The notes under the pieces: generated by a model
Seen by the model: only the letters and a program-made list of their open reading frames with translations
Database searches by the model: none
Told to the model about the DNA's origin: nothing
Position numbers and translations under genes: made by a program
Shown: piece after piece, positions 20,472 to 29,149 of the stretch
Numbering within the stretch: the stretch's first letter is position 1
How the letters are laid out: each line of letters begins with the position of its first letter
IMG/VR virus record: IMGVR_UViG_3300028430_000572
Coordinates: 4,354-68,353 of that record
Length of the DNA stretch: 64,000 nucleotides
Direction: 5' to 3' (one strand)
Source: a virus

Positions 20472-21272
20472 TCACGAAATCGACTGAGCGAAACGGGCGA
20501 TCTTGGCTTGCCACGGGGCGAGCGCTTCGGCGATTCGCTTCGTCGCAACATCGTGGTACTCGGGCAGGATTTCGCTGCCGATAAATGAGCGACCTACGTT
20601 AATCGCGGCAACGCCCGTCGTGCCGCTGCCTGCAAACGGATCGCAGACGATCCCGCCCGGCGGCGCTGCGCGGCAGAGTCGTTCCATGAGCGGCACGGGT
20701 TTGGTCGCGGGGTGATCCCAAAAAGAATCCCGACGATTATGTATATTTTCGGTCATTACGTCCGAATGCACGACAAGTTTGTGCTCGCCCTTGCCGGGCT
20801 TAGCGAACGAGCCGACTCGCCAAACGTAAATCGTTTCAAACTTGTAAAACACATTATTTGAAGAAACCGGAAGTCCTCGGTATTTCGGTGCCCAAATCAT
20901 TACACGATCGGGCTTGAGTATCGCGAGATCGCGATGGAGCGTCGCCGACGCTCCAAACCAAAACACAGGGCCTCGCGACACACGGAGCATTTCGGGCAGC
21001 AAGTACGCGATTCTTGCTTCCCATCCATCACGGCGATCGTCATACTTCGAGTTCGACTCGTGATCTACGCCGTAAGGCGGATCGGTAATCACCGCATCGA
21101 CCGACTTATCTCCGAGCGACGCAAGCAACTCGCGAGCGTCGCAAAGTTTGACATCCGCGGATATCGGCTTTGTACTTGCGTCGCTGGAAGCGACAGCACG
21201 CGACCAGAGATCGCTCATCGTCCGGGGCTTGCGCTTCGGGTCGGGACGCTTGCGAACTTGTGTTGTGCTCAT
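20472..21272 (-). CDS. DNA methyltransferase (beta class, N6A/N4C)
   Basis: ITDPPY, HPATKP and DPFAGSGTTG motifs. Confidence 0.9.
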   Translation of the reverse strand: MSTTQVRKRPDPKRKPRTMSDLWSRAVASSDASTKPISADVKLCDARELLASLGDKSVDAVITDPPYGVDHESNSKYDDRRDGWEARIAYLLPEMLRVSRGPVFWFGASATLHRDLAILKPDRVMIWAPKYRGLPVSSNNVFYKFETIYVWRVGSFAKPGKGEHKLVVHSDVMTENIHNRRDSFWDHPATKPVPLMERLCRAAPPGGIVCDPFAGSGTTGVAAINVGRSFIGSEILPEYHDVATKRIAEALAPWQAKIARFAQSIS

Positions 21273-21419
21273 GGTGATTCTGCGATTGATTCTTCGCACT
21301 CATCCGCGCCTTCGATAATGAACGGCGGAACGTACGCTCCCCAAGACGAACGATGCGTAGTGCTCATGCACAATATACGAAATCGCCCGCGCCGCTTTCG
21401 CTTCGCGGGCAACGATTAA

Positions 21420-22337
21420 TTACAGTCGGTCTTCGCGCTTGATCTCGGTGATCGTGTCGGCATCGCCGGGATCAGCCTGCTTGCCGATTTCTTGCTTCGC
21501 GGCCTCGTAAGCGTCCGGGGATTGATCCTTGAGCGATGCAACGCCGCCGACGACCGCTCGCAGGGCTTCCTTGTATTGTCCGCCCTTGCGGGCGTTCCAT
21601 TCGGCCCAAACGTACACGCCGCCAGCGATAGCGGCAGCCAAGCCGATCATCACCCACGCCCACGCGGGTAGGAACGATGCAACGATCAGCGAGCCGCCGA
21701 CGACTCCGGCGACGATCGCAGCACGACGCAATCCGAAGTAGAAGCACGTGCCAGCGCCGAGCACGCACGCTATACCGGCGACAAGCAACCAATTGAACTC
21801 GGGCAGAGGCGTGCTGGCCTTCGACTTGCTCTTTGCATCGCCGCCGGTCGCACCGCCGCCGCCCGGGATGTCAATGCTCGGCGCTGAGCCGGTAAAGTCG
21901 CCCGAGATGTCAGTCCCGCGAGCAATCGCAGACGCGCCGGTCGCGTCGGCGTTGAACTCAATTTCTCGCGATGTAAGTTGATCCTGCACGATCGTTCGAG
22001 TCGTGCGCGACACGGGCTTGCCGCTTTCGTCGAGTTGCTCGGTGACGACAACCTGCTTCGCTGCGGGCTCGATCGGCTTGATGCGTTCGATGTTCGATAC
22101 CGTCGTCTTCGCGGGCTTGATCTCGGTAAACGACTGCGGGGCCGAGCACCCGGCAAGCACGATCGCCAGCACGAACACAATCGCCGTCAAGACAGCACCG
22201 ACGATCGCCCCTTCGATGCGATATCGCGTCTGCACGCGATCCCAAGCACCGAGTCCCGTCTCGTTGACCGCACGCCGCACGCTCGGCGAAATCGGCGACA
22301 GGACAGAATCAAGAATCTTGTCGAGCAACTTCCACAT
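21420..22337 (-). CDS. Membrane protein with lipobox and C-terminal transmembrane helices (lysis-related candidate)
   Basis: AAAGGAG RBS; hydrophobic stretch ending VLAGC; three hydrophobic segments near the C-terminus. Confidence 0.6.
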   Translation of the reverse strand: MWKLLDKILDSVLSPISPSVRRAVNETGLGAWDRVQTRYRIEGAIVGAVLTAIVFVLAIVLAGCSAPQSFTEIKPAKTTVSNIERIKPIEPAAKQVVVTEQLDESGKPVSRTTRTIVQDQLTSREIEFNADATGASAIARGTDISGDFTGSAPSIDIPGGGGATGGDAKSKSKASTPLPEFNWLLVAGIACVLGAGTCFYFGLRRAAIVAGVVGGSLIVASFLPAWAWVMIGLAAAIAGGVYVWAEWNARKGGQYKEALRAVVGGVASLKDQSPDAYEAAKQEIGKQADPGDADTITEIKREDRL

Positions 22338-22385
22338 AACTGTCTCCTTTGTGTTGACGTAATCGACAACGACTGATGATAGGTC

Positions 22386-22422
22386 AAACGAAAAGCCCCG
22401 CAACACTTTCGCGCAGCGGGGC
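22386..22422 (-). terminator. Intrinsic terminator
   Basis: Minus strand GCCCCGCTGCGC-GAAA-GTGTTGCGGGGC followed by TTTTCGTTT. Confidence 0.7.
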
Positions 22423-22466
22423 AGAGGAGAAAGAGATGCGATGTTTCGATTTCGCCGCGAAATCGA

Positions 22467-23033
22467 TTAGATCGGGAACTGCCTTGATCGCGCGTTGTTC
22501 GCGTGCACAACGAAGTCACCGAGGCAACCAATCGCACGCTCGATGTCTTGCAGGTACTCGTCCGAATAAGACTCGGGCGCTGACACGATCTCGGCGTAAG
22601 CACGCGCGACGATTGCTTGTGCGATTCGCTCGAACGTCGCCCCGTCTTGACCCATCGGGTGAGTCGAGAAGTGCAGCACGATGCCATTGCCGACGATTTC
22701 GCCACCGCTCGGGCGACCATCGACGACCGTTGTAACGCGCGGGCGGAACTGGTTGAGATCGGGATTCTCTTTGAGTTGCATCGTGATCTGCTCGATGAAC
22801 TCGGCGCGGTCGAACTCCGGCTCTTCCTGCGGCAACGGTTCGACAGCCGGGGCGGGATCGACTGGCAGGACAGGGGCTGACGGATAGATCGGATTGGCGG
22901 TTGCGGGCTCCTGTTCGGCGGTCCAAGTCGAGTTCGCCCACTTGTCATTCGGGGCAGCAGCGGCGGAACCCTTCGCAACGTTCGGTCGCGCAGGTCGGGG
23001 CGGTCGATTGGGGCTCTTACTCTGGTCGTTCAC
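22467..23033 (-). CDS. Hypothetical protein, Pro-rich N-terminus
   Basis: GTG at 23033 with AAGGA RBS. Confidence 0.55.
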   Translation of the reverse strand: MNDQSKSPNRPPRPARPNVAKGSAAAAPNDKWANSTWTAEQEPATANPIYPSAPVLPVDPAPAVEPLPQEEPEFDRAEFIEQITMQLKENPDLNQFRPRVTTVVDGRPSGGEIVGNGIVLHFSTHPMGQDGATFERIAQAIVARAYAEIVSAPESYSDEYLQDIERAIGCLGDFVVHANNARSRQFPI

Positions 23034-23088
23034 TTTGATTCCTTGTGCTCGCCTTTGCTCGTGTTCGTAATCGCGGGCGATGTCGCGA

Positions 23089-23340
23089 CTACGGCTTTGC
23101 TTGCATCTTGTCTTGCAGTCGCTCGACTTCTCGAAGTCGAGCGTTGTACGAATCAAACGTCTTCTCGATTTTGCCGTCGATCGAATCAACACGCGATTCG
23201 ATCGTTTCGATGGATTGCGCGATGCGGCCAAACAAATAGGCGACTGATAAAACCGCTGCGAGCATCGACACAACGCCGACAATCATTCCGATCGTTGCAT
23301 AACTGACTTGCTGTTTCGACTCATCGGACGACATACGCAC
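23089..23340 (-). CDS. Small single-TM coiled-coil protein (holin-like candidate)
   Basis: One TM helix (IGMIVGVVSMLAAVLSVAYLFG) followed by a heptad coil. Confidence 0.5.
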   Translation of the reverse strand: MRMSSDESKQQVSYATIGMIVGVVSMLAAVLSVAYLFGRIAQSIETIESRVDSIDGKIEKTFDSYNARLREVERLQDKMQAKP

Positions 23341-23399
23341 TCCCGTCTGTCTGTTGATTGTGTAGATCGGCGGGCCGTGCGTGAGTTTATGCCGAGCGA

Positions 23400-23798
23400 T
23401 TAATCGACGATGCCGAGTATTTCATCGCAAACGATAACGGCGTACTTGGCTGTCTTTCCCGAATCGTCGGCGAACAACATATCGTGTCCGCACAAGCGGT
23501 CGATTACAACGATGTCGCCGGGGCACGGCATCGCGTCAGGGCGGGCTGCGTGTCCTTCATCGATCGGCGGCAGACCGCACGCGACAACTCGCGCCTTAGA
23601 CCGCGTGCGTCGCTTCTGGTCGTACGTCTGCACGATAGCGATCGGGCCTGAGTCGGGCGAGTCGATGCGTTGCACGAGCACGCGACCACGCGCGGGCTTG
23701 AACTGGCTCGCGGGAACGCTGCTCAAGTCAATGAACGGCTTACGCAACTGCGCGAGTGTGTTACTGTCGATGTGTTCGGGGATGTTCTCAAAGCACAC
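23400..23798 (-). CDS. groES: GroES-like co-chaperonin
   Basis: FKPARGRVLVQR ... ARVVACG ... PGDIVV ... DEILGIVD match the Cpn10 pattern. Confidence 0.8.
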   Translation of the reverse strand: MCFENIPEHIDSNTLAQLRKPFIDLSSVPASQFKPARGRVLVQRIDSPDSGPIAIVQTYDQKRRTRSKARVVACGLPPIDEGHAARPDAMPCPGDIVVIDRLCGHDMLFADDSGKTAKYAVIVCDEILGIVD

Positions 23799-24152
23799 TG
23801 TCGTTCTCCTGATTCGATTTCGCTACGAAATCAACAAGGCCCGAGACAAGCCACAATGACTTATCCCGGGCCTGTGTGTTTAATGTCGCCGTTGGCGATG
23901 CTGGCATTACTTGGTGGTCGCGTAAGTGTTGGAACTCTTCATAGGCCACACTCCTTTCTTGATAATTGCTAATTGGTTCAAGTCGTGCTGCGGGTGGTAC
24001 TCACCGAACGATCGCAACAACGAACAGGACGCACAACATACCGACAAGCATCGCATCGACGATCAGCAAAACGATCGAAGACTTCGTATTGCTTGCTGGC
24101 CTTCGGATCATCGGAACGTGCCGAGTGATTGCTGACATCGAAGAACTCCTGT

Positions 24153-24983
24153 TTAGATTGATCGAACGCGGTCGCCGAAGAACGTCGGCGATGATGATAC
24201 GTTCGGCTGATCGCTGACGACTGCCGTGCTGATGGTTTGATTTCGTGGCGAAATCGCCCGACGCGATGTAAACACGATGTCCCGTTGGAAGTCGGGCTCG
24301 GCGCTTGTCTCGTGGGCGTAATGCCATCCGTTGATGTCGCTTGATGCTTCGTACGGCAAGCCGCGAAAGAACTCCCGCCACGCGCTAACGGCGTTTGTGA
24401 CTTCGCCGAACTCTTCGGGCCAGCCGGTGTAGTGCGGCACGTAGTCGTGATCGACTTCGCATTGCATGTGCTCGATCTCGCCGTTCACGAGCCACTGGCG
24501 GACGCTCTTGACGATCGAGAGATCGAGCCCCTGACAATCGGTGATGAGTGCAACGATGCGGAATCTTTGTTGCAGTCGAGATGCGTTGTGCGCGATCATC
24601 GCGATTTCGTTTGGGAGATCAGTCGTGATTACGTTCTCGAAGCCTCGAAGGGAGAAGTGGCCTCGCGGGTACTTCGTTGATTCGAGTACCGCTCGCGACT
24701 GCTCCGATACTTCTTGTGCAAGTGAGTCCGATCCGTGCTGATACCCGAAGTGATGTAGTCTTGCTTGCTTGACCTTCGAGCGGTCTGGCACGACTGCGTT
24801 CGGGCAGATCATCACTCGGGGGTGATTGCGAAATCGGTTGGCGAGTTCGGCGACGTTCTCGCTCGCCGGTTCGTAAACGTACCAGTGTGCATCGGGGAAC
24901 ATTTCGATGTGACTCGCAACACCATCGCCGCGATGCCCGCCGACGTATAAGCCGATCTGCTGGTCTGGTTGGTTGTGCTTCAT
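24153..24983 (-). CDS. FkbM-family SAM methyltransferase
   Basis: YVGGHRG, YVYEP and ITDCQGLDLSIV motifs. Confidence 0.75.
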   Translation of the reverse strand: MKHNQPDQQIGLYVGGHRGDGVASHIEMFPDAHWYVYEPASENVAELANRFRNHPRVMICPNAVVPDRSKVKQARLHHFGYQHGSDSLAQEVSEQSRAVLESTKYPRGHFSLRGFENVITTDLPNEIAMIAHNASRLQQRFRIVALITDCQGLDLSIVKSVRQWLVNGEIEHMQCEVDHDYVPHYTGWPEEFGEVTNAVSAWREFFRGLPYEASSDINGWHYAHETSAEPDFQRDIVFTSRRAISPRNQTISTAVVSDQPNVSSSPTFFGDRVRSI

Positions 24984-25342
24984 TGGATGAACGGGTCTAC
25001 TTGAGGTTGTGAGTCCACGAGATCATACTCGCCCCATCTGTCGGGCATGTAGTTCGACGGCCAAGATTTGTGCTCTTTTCTCGCGTTCACAAGCATCATC
25101 TCAACGTCCATCGGCACCGTGCCTTGATAGTTGCACTTGAGCAACATGCGCCTGAGAACCGGGCTATCAGCCTTGGCCTTCTTGATAACAACCGATTTGG
25201 TCTTCGTAATCGAAAGGAAAAATCCCTGATAACGCCAAGTCGATCGCTCTCGGCTGTAGACCTTCCAAGCGTGCCATTGGCTAATCGGCTTGACCGAGAG
25301 TTGTGTTTGTGCGAGTTGTGGCGAGGGTTCGAGTTGTGTCAT
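24980..25342 (-). CDS. Hypothetical protein
   Basis: 120 aa; ATGA overlap with the FkbM-like gene. Confidence 0.55.
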   Translation of the reverse strand: MTQLEPSPQLAQTQLSVKPISQWHAWKVYSRERSTWRYQGFFLSITKTKSVVIKKAKADSPVLRRMLLKCNYQGTVPMDVEMMLVNARKEHKSWPSNYMPDRWGEYDLVDSQPQVDPFIQ

Positions 25343-25400
25343 TGCTTGTTCCCGTAAATCGATTTCGTGGCGAAATCGGTTAGGCGTATGATCGGCGTAG

Positions 25401-25682
25401 TTAGCCCCCGAGTTTTTTGCGCTTCGCGTCCCATGCTTCGTCGGTCGGTGACTCGATAAGGCCTATTGCATGAAACACTTTTAGTTGTATATCCCGTGCG
25501 CCACGGCACAAATGCGTTGATTGCGGCCATCCCGTTGAGTGGCACATTTGCGATGCTTCGGTGAGCACGCGCTCGGTTACTTTGGCCGCGAGTTGTGGGT
25601 CGTTGCGGAACGGACATGTCTTGCACTTTTCGGGCATGACCGGCAATTTGCTGATGTCATACTTCGGCTTGTGCTGCGTCAT
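25401..25682 (-). CDS. Cys-rich hypothetical protein
   Basis: CKTCPF, CHST and LCRG motifs suggest metal binding. Confidence 0.6.
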   Translation of the reverse strand: MTQHKPKYDISKLPVMPEKCKTCPFRNDPQLAAKVTERVLTEASQMCHSTGWPQSTHLCRGARDIQLKVFHAIGLIESPTDEAWDAKRKKLGG

Positions 25683-25695
25683 GCGTCGCTCTTTG

Positions 25696-25992
25696 CTATC
25701 GCGGGAAGTGTGCTTCGAGCCCGTGTTTTGCCGCTTCTTCGATTGGGGCAAGATCGCCAACGTCGATGTAGGCATACCAGTTGTGCGAGCCTCTCATGCC
25801 CTTGTCCGCAATCGTCACCATCATCGCGCGATGGCTTACGTTCGACCGCATCGCGACGCAACATATCACCCCAGCGCCGAACCTGCGAGTGCGACCGCTA
25901 AGCGTCGGCGGGAATTCGCCGATGTCGTGTGAGGCGTACCAAACGCCAGCGGTCTTTGTGACGTACGACTTGCCGGGCTTCACTCTGTTCAC
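25696..25992 (-). CDS. Hypothetical protein
   Basis: GTGA overlap with the upstream gene. Confidence 0.5.
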   Translation of the reverse strand: MNRVKPGKSYVTKTAGVWYASHDIGEFPPTLSGRTRRFGAGVICCVAMRSNVSHRAMMVTIADKGMRGSHNWYAYIDVGDLAPIEEAAKHGLEAHFPR

Positions 25993-26510
25993 GTTGTCGC
26001 CTTTCGCTGGCTCGTGTCGGGGTTCTGTGGCTGAACGCGGAGTTGCCAATAAGCAAAAGCTGCATTGGGCGGACGATGCGAATTCTGGATCGAAATTTCA
26101 GAAACAGGCACCCCGATCGAATCCGCGAATTGCTTAGCGACGATATTGATGGCCACGCGATCGAATAGCATGTCAGGACCGAGCCCGGGGTCAACGTGCT
26201 TGCCCGGATCGATCCAGTACGAAAGAGTCGGGAGAGTTGTCGCTCGCGCAAGAACTTCGCGGGCGGCTTCGATTGCAGCATCCGTATCAACGCGCTTGTT
26301 TCCGTCTGCGTCACGCGGAACAAAGCCGTCATCGCAAAGGCGCACAAACTCCCGAACAACCGAAAGCAAATCTGGGGCAGCCCGCACGACTAGGCTTTCG
26401 CGGGCAACTTTTTCGGCAAAAGCCGCTTGCTCGGCGGCGATTGCCGCCCAGTCAGTGCCGGGAGCGGTGGCGAGAATTGCGGGCGCGTGTTTCGGGCGTG
26501 GATTACTCAT
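25989..26510 (-). CDS. Hypothetical protein (leaderless start)
   Basis: ATG 26510 follows TATATT-N5. Confidence 0.6.
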   Translation of the reverse strand: MSNPRPKHAPAILATAPGTDWAAIAAEQAAFAEKVARESLVVRAAPDLLSVVREFVRLCDDGFVPRDADGNKRVDTDAAIEAAREVLARATTLPTLSYWIDPGKHVDPGLGPDMLFDRVAINIVAKQFADSIGVPVSEISIQNSHRPPNAAFAYWQLRVQPQNPDTSQRKATT

Positions 26511-26567
26511 GCCGCAATATATCACGATCGCGGCGCTATCGTGCATCGCTCAATTTCGTGGCGAAAT
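26511..26567 (-). promoter_or_regulatory. Class A promoter: palindrome + TATATT + leaderless ATG
   Basis: Palindrome 26553-26567; ATG 43 bp from its edge. Confidence 0.65.
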
Positions 26568-26759
26568 CGACGCGACCCTCCTGCACGCCCCCGCCGCCAA
26601 CTCCAAGCACGTCGGGCACAACCCGCCGCCGGAGACCGTCTCCCGCTCGCACGCCTCGCACGGGCCGGGCTGGCTGCACCTGGCGCGGTCCGTGGCGGTT
26701 GCCCGCTCCTGCCGTGCGAAGTCGTCGAGGATCGCGGCGATGCGGGTGTAGACGGTCAT
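26550..26759 (-). CDS. Small zinc-finger-like protein
   Basis: CEAC and CPTC pairs; ends ISPRN* inside the palindrome. Confidence 0.5.
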   Translation of the reverse strand: MTVYTRIAAILDDFARQERATATDRARCSQPGPCEACERETVSGGGLCPTCLELAAGACRRVASISPRN

Positions 26760-27148
26760 TCGCCCGCCTCCTTCATCACCGCCTCCGCCGCCAGCAGGTA
26801 GCGGTCGCGGGTTTCGTCGCCGGTGTCGGGGACAGTGACAACTCCCCACCTGTTTGCGCCGATCTGCATCGCAGACCACTTCAGCAGAAGCCCTTGCGGG
26901 TTGGGAGTGGGTCCGCCGTCCCGCGTCCACCACCACCCCTCCGGCATCGCGGACGCGGCACCGTCGAGGGTGGGAGGGAAGGGGTGTTCGTACTGCGAAC
27001 CGTCAGGATGATCGTGGCCGCGTTGCCAGTTGGCGTCCCGCTTGTGCCACACCGGGTCGCCTTCAACGCCGGGTTCATACTTCCACCCCGCCCGCTCTGC
27101 GTGCCAGTCGCAGAGTTGGGCCGTGGTCATGGTGTCGAGGTCGGTCAT
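26756..27148 (-). CDS. Hypothetical protein
   Basis: ATGA-coupled to both neighbours; AGGAG RBS. Confidence 0.6.
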   Translation of the reverse strand: MTDLDTMTTAQLCDWHAERAGWKYEPGVEGDPVWHKRDANWQRGHDHPDGSQYEHPFPPTLDGAASAMPEGWWWTRDGGPTPNPQGLLLKWSAMQIGANRWGVVTVPDTGDETRDRYLLAAEAVMKEAGE

Positions 27149-27453
27149 GCCTTCTCCTCTCTCGCCGCCTCGGCGGCTTCGCGGGTGGAGTACCAAACAG
27201 AATGATCAGTCCTTGATCCCTCCATCCGGAGATAGGGCACACCAGTTACCGATCCGATGTGATACTGAGCGTGGATGCCTTGCCCGACTATGCACCCATC
27301 CGCCGTCACCGGCAGCGTCCCCAGCACGCGGCGAATCTTGCCATCGGGCCCGATCAACCCCGCCGCCTTCGCGTCGGCTTCGATCTTGCGGAGGCGGGCG
27401 AGTTCGGCTTCGAGTTTCATCGACATCTCTGCCATGTCGGCGTACTTGCTCAT
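27145..27453 (-). CDS. Hypothetical protein (paralogue of 27986..28507)
   Basis: Shares the ARLRxIEADAKAAxLIGPDGK and YSTxxAAxxAAR blocks. Confidence 0.65.
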   Translation of the reverse strand: MSKYADMAEMSMKLEAELARLRKIEADAKAAGLIGPDGKIRRVLGTLPVTADGCIVGQGIHAQYHIGSVTGVPYLRMEGSRTDHSVWYSTREAAEAAREEKA

Positions 27454-27989
27454 TGGGGCTCCTTCGATTCGATGCCTCGTCTCTTCATCACAGCCAACAA
27501 AGCCGGGACAATCGCCTTGTAGTCGTCGTGTTCCGGCGCGTCGGTCAGTCTCGCCATAAACTCGGACACGCTGCCTGAGAAGCAACCCGTGTTGATTCGC
27601 AGGCCGATCTTGCGGTCTTTGTGCAGCGTGATGAAGTCATTGCGAGAACCGATCGGGCCGACGCAGATGTAGTCAGTGGTCTTTTGAATGTCGCCGTAGC
27701 CGCAGACCCGTGCCGAGTCGCAGACTAGTGCCGAGCCGCAGACCCGTGCCGAGTCGTAGACCCGTGCCGAGCCGCAGACTAGTGCCGAGCCGTAGACCTG
27801 TGCCGAGCCGCAGACTAGTGCCGAGCCGTAGACCTGTGCCGAGCCGCAGACCCGTGCCGAGTCGTAGACCTGTGCCGAGCCGCAGACTAGTGCCGAGCCT
27901 TCTATAAAAGATGTCGGCCACCCATCGGGCGACTTCCATCCGTGCTCGCTTGAGAATGGCGGGGTGCTTGCGCAGTCAACGAGTCTCAT
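27450..27989 (-). CDS. Hexapeptide-repeat (left-handed beta-helix-like) phage protein
   Basis: About 11 tandem [GD]SA[LQR]V[CY] repeats followed by GPIGSR ... TGCFSGS. Confidence 0.75.
   Translation of the reverse strand: MRLVDCASTPPFSSEHGWKSPDGWPTSFIEGSALVCGSAQVYDSARVCGSAQVYGSALVCGSAQVYGSALVCGSARVYDSARVCGSALVCDSARVCGYGDIQKTTDYICVGPIGSRNDFITLHKDRKIGLRINTGCFSGSVSEFMARLTDAPEHDDYKAIVPALLAVMKRRGIESKEPQ
27703..27899. repeat. 18-bp tandem repeat encoding the hexapeptides
   Basis: Units such as GTGCCGAGCCGCAGACTA / GTGCCGAGTCGTAGACCC repeated about 11 times. Confidence 0.9.
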
Positions 27990-28507
27990 GTGTGATCCTT
28001 CCTTGCCGCTTCGATCGCGGCGAGGGCGGTGGAGTAGCAGTTGTTGAGTGGCAGATCAAAGTCGTCAAACTCAAACACCCAACCTTGGGATGTCCAAACT
28101 ATCCTGATGCCCTCAACGCAGACATTTCTGAACGGGTGGCCAGCAACGCAGTGCCACACACGACCGTTGTTTACGTACAACGAGCCGTCGCCAAGCAGCG
28201 GCAGCGGGTGCCGCGCATCGACGCACAGTTCCCGAAACTTGCCGTCAGGCCCGATCAAGTTCGCCGCCTTCGCGTCGGCCTCGATCTGGCGGAGGCGGGC
28301 GTTCTCAGTGCGGAGGTGGGCAAGTTCGGCGAGTTGAGTCTCGATAATGAAGAGGGAGTCGATAGCGTGGCGGTTCTCGTTGCCCCAGCTCAACTTTGCC
28401 GCCCACGTTCGGATGTTCTGCGAACAATGCGGGCTTGGGATGATGTGCTTGCAATGCGGGCACTGATCTGTGGTCCCGATAACGCCCTTCGATTCGATGT
28501 TGCTCAT
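27986..28507 (-). CDS. Hypothetical protein (paralogue of 27145..27453)
   Basis: AAGGAG RBS; shared blocks as above. Confidence 0.65.
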   Translation of the reverse strand: MSNIESKGVIGTTDQCPHCKHIIPSPHCSQNIRTWAAKLSWGNENRHAIDSLFIIETQLAELAHLRTENARLRQIEADAKAANLIGPDGKFRELCVDARHPLPLLGDGSLYVNNGRVWHCVAGHPFRNVCVEGIRIVWTSQGWVFEFDDFDLPLNNCYSTALAAIEAARKDHT

Positions 28508-28645
28508 TGGGGCTCCTTCTGTGCCCTTACCGCTTCGATCGCGGCGCGGGCGATGTCAATGTGACTGTTCAAGCGGCTCCAGTCTGCCGCCGTGCGATGC
28601 GCCTTTGATTGGCCGTCACGGCTTGAGATTGCGCTGGCCGATCAT

Positions 28646-28702
28646 GCCCCAATATATCGCGATCATCGCGATACGAGCGATCAGTCGATTTCGTGGCGAA
28701 AT
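28646..28702 (-). promoter_or_regulatory. Class A promoter
   Basis: Palindrome 28688-28702; TATATT-N5-ATG (28645), 43 bp spacing. Confidence 0.6.
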
Positions 28703-28830
28703 TGATTGATCGTCGCGATGATCGCACAAGTCGCCATCGGGACGATTAACGCAAATGCGAGCACGCACGCAAAGCCGACGGCGACCGTAATGACAAGATT
28801 GATAATCGGCTCCATAGTTTCTTCTTCAAA

Positions 28831-28903
28831 CTGGCTGACTCGGGCTCGAACCGAGAACCACTCGCTTCAAAGGCGAGCGCACTGCCAATTGTGCTATCAG
28901 CCA
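28831..28903 (-). tRNA. tRNA-Gln(TTG)
   Basis: Full cloverleaf TGGCTGA/TCAGCCA, anticodon loop CTTTGAA, T-loop TTCGAGC, discriminator G; CCA not encoded. Confidence 0.88.
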
Positions 28904-28904
28904 A

Positions 28905-28976
28905 CATGCCGAAAGGGACTCGAACCCGTACTTGCTGATTTGGAATCAGCCGTGCTACCGTTAACACTATCGGCAT
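28905..28976 (-). tRNA. tRNA-Trp(CCA)
   Basis: Acceptor ATGCCGA/TCGGCAT, anticodon loop TTCCAAA, T-loop TTCGAGT with one T-stem mismatch; CCA not encoded. Confidence 0.82.
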
Positions 28977-28992
28977 TCTGATATCGATCTAA

Positions 28993-29141
28993 TCCCTCGG
29001 GCCGGAGTCGAACCGGCTGATTCGCACTTGCAGTCTTCTCGACTGGTCAACGCACTAGATCGGCCTTTTATGTGCTTGATACGGCCAGCAACATCAGCCT
29101 CAAGTCTGGGCCTCGCGTGTCACCGTCCACGCCGCCGAGAG
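28993..29141 (-). ncRNA. tRNA-like RNA with about 95-nt insert replacing the anticodon arm
   Basis: Acceptor CTCTCGG/CCGAGGG-A, D-like arm GCGTG-GACGGTGA-CACGC, perfect T arm GCCGG-TTCGACT-CCGGC. Confidence 0.6.
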
Positions 29142-29149
29142 AGTTATCT

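Noticed and set aside
27703-27899. Possible CRISPR array
   Set aside because: Contiguous 18-bp units with no unique spacers, in frame with a hexapeptide-repeat protein.
28993-29141. tmRNA or intron-containing tRNA
   Set aside because: Too short for tmRNA, no G3-U70 pair or tag ORF; no rejoinable anticodon stem and too small for a group I intron.
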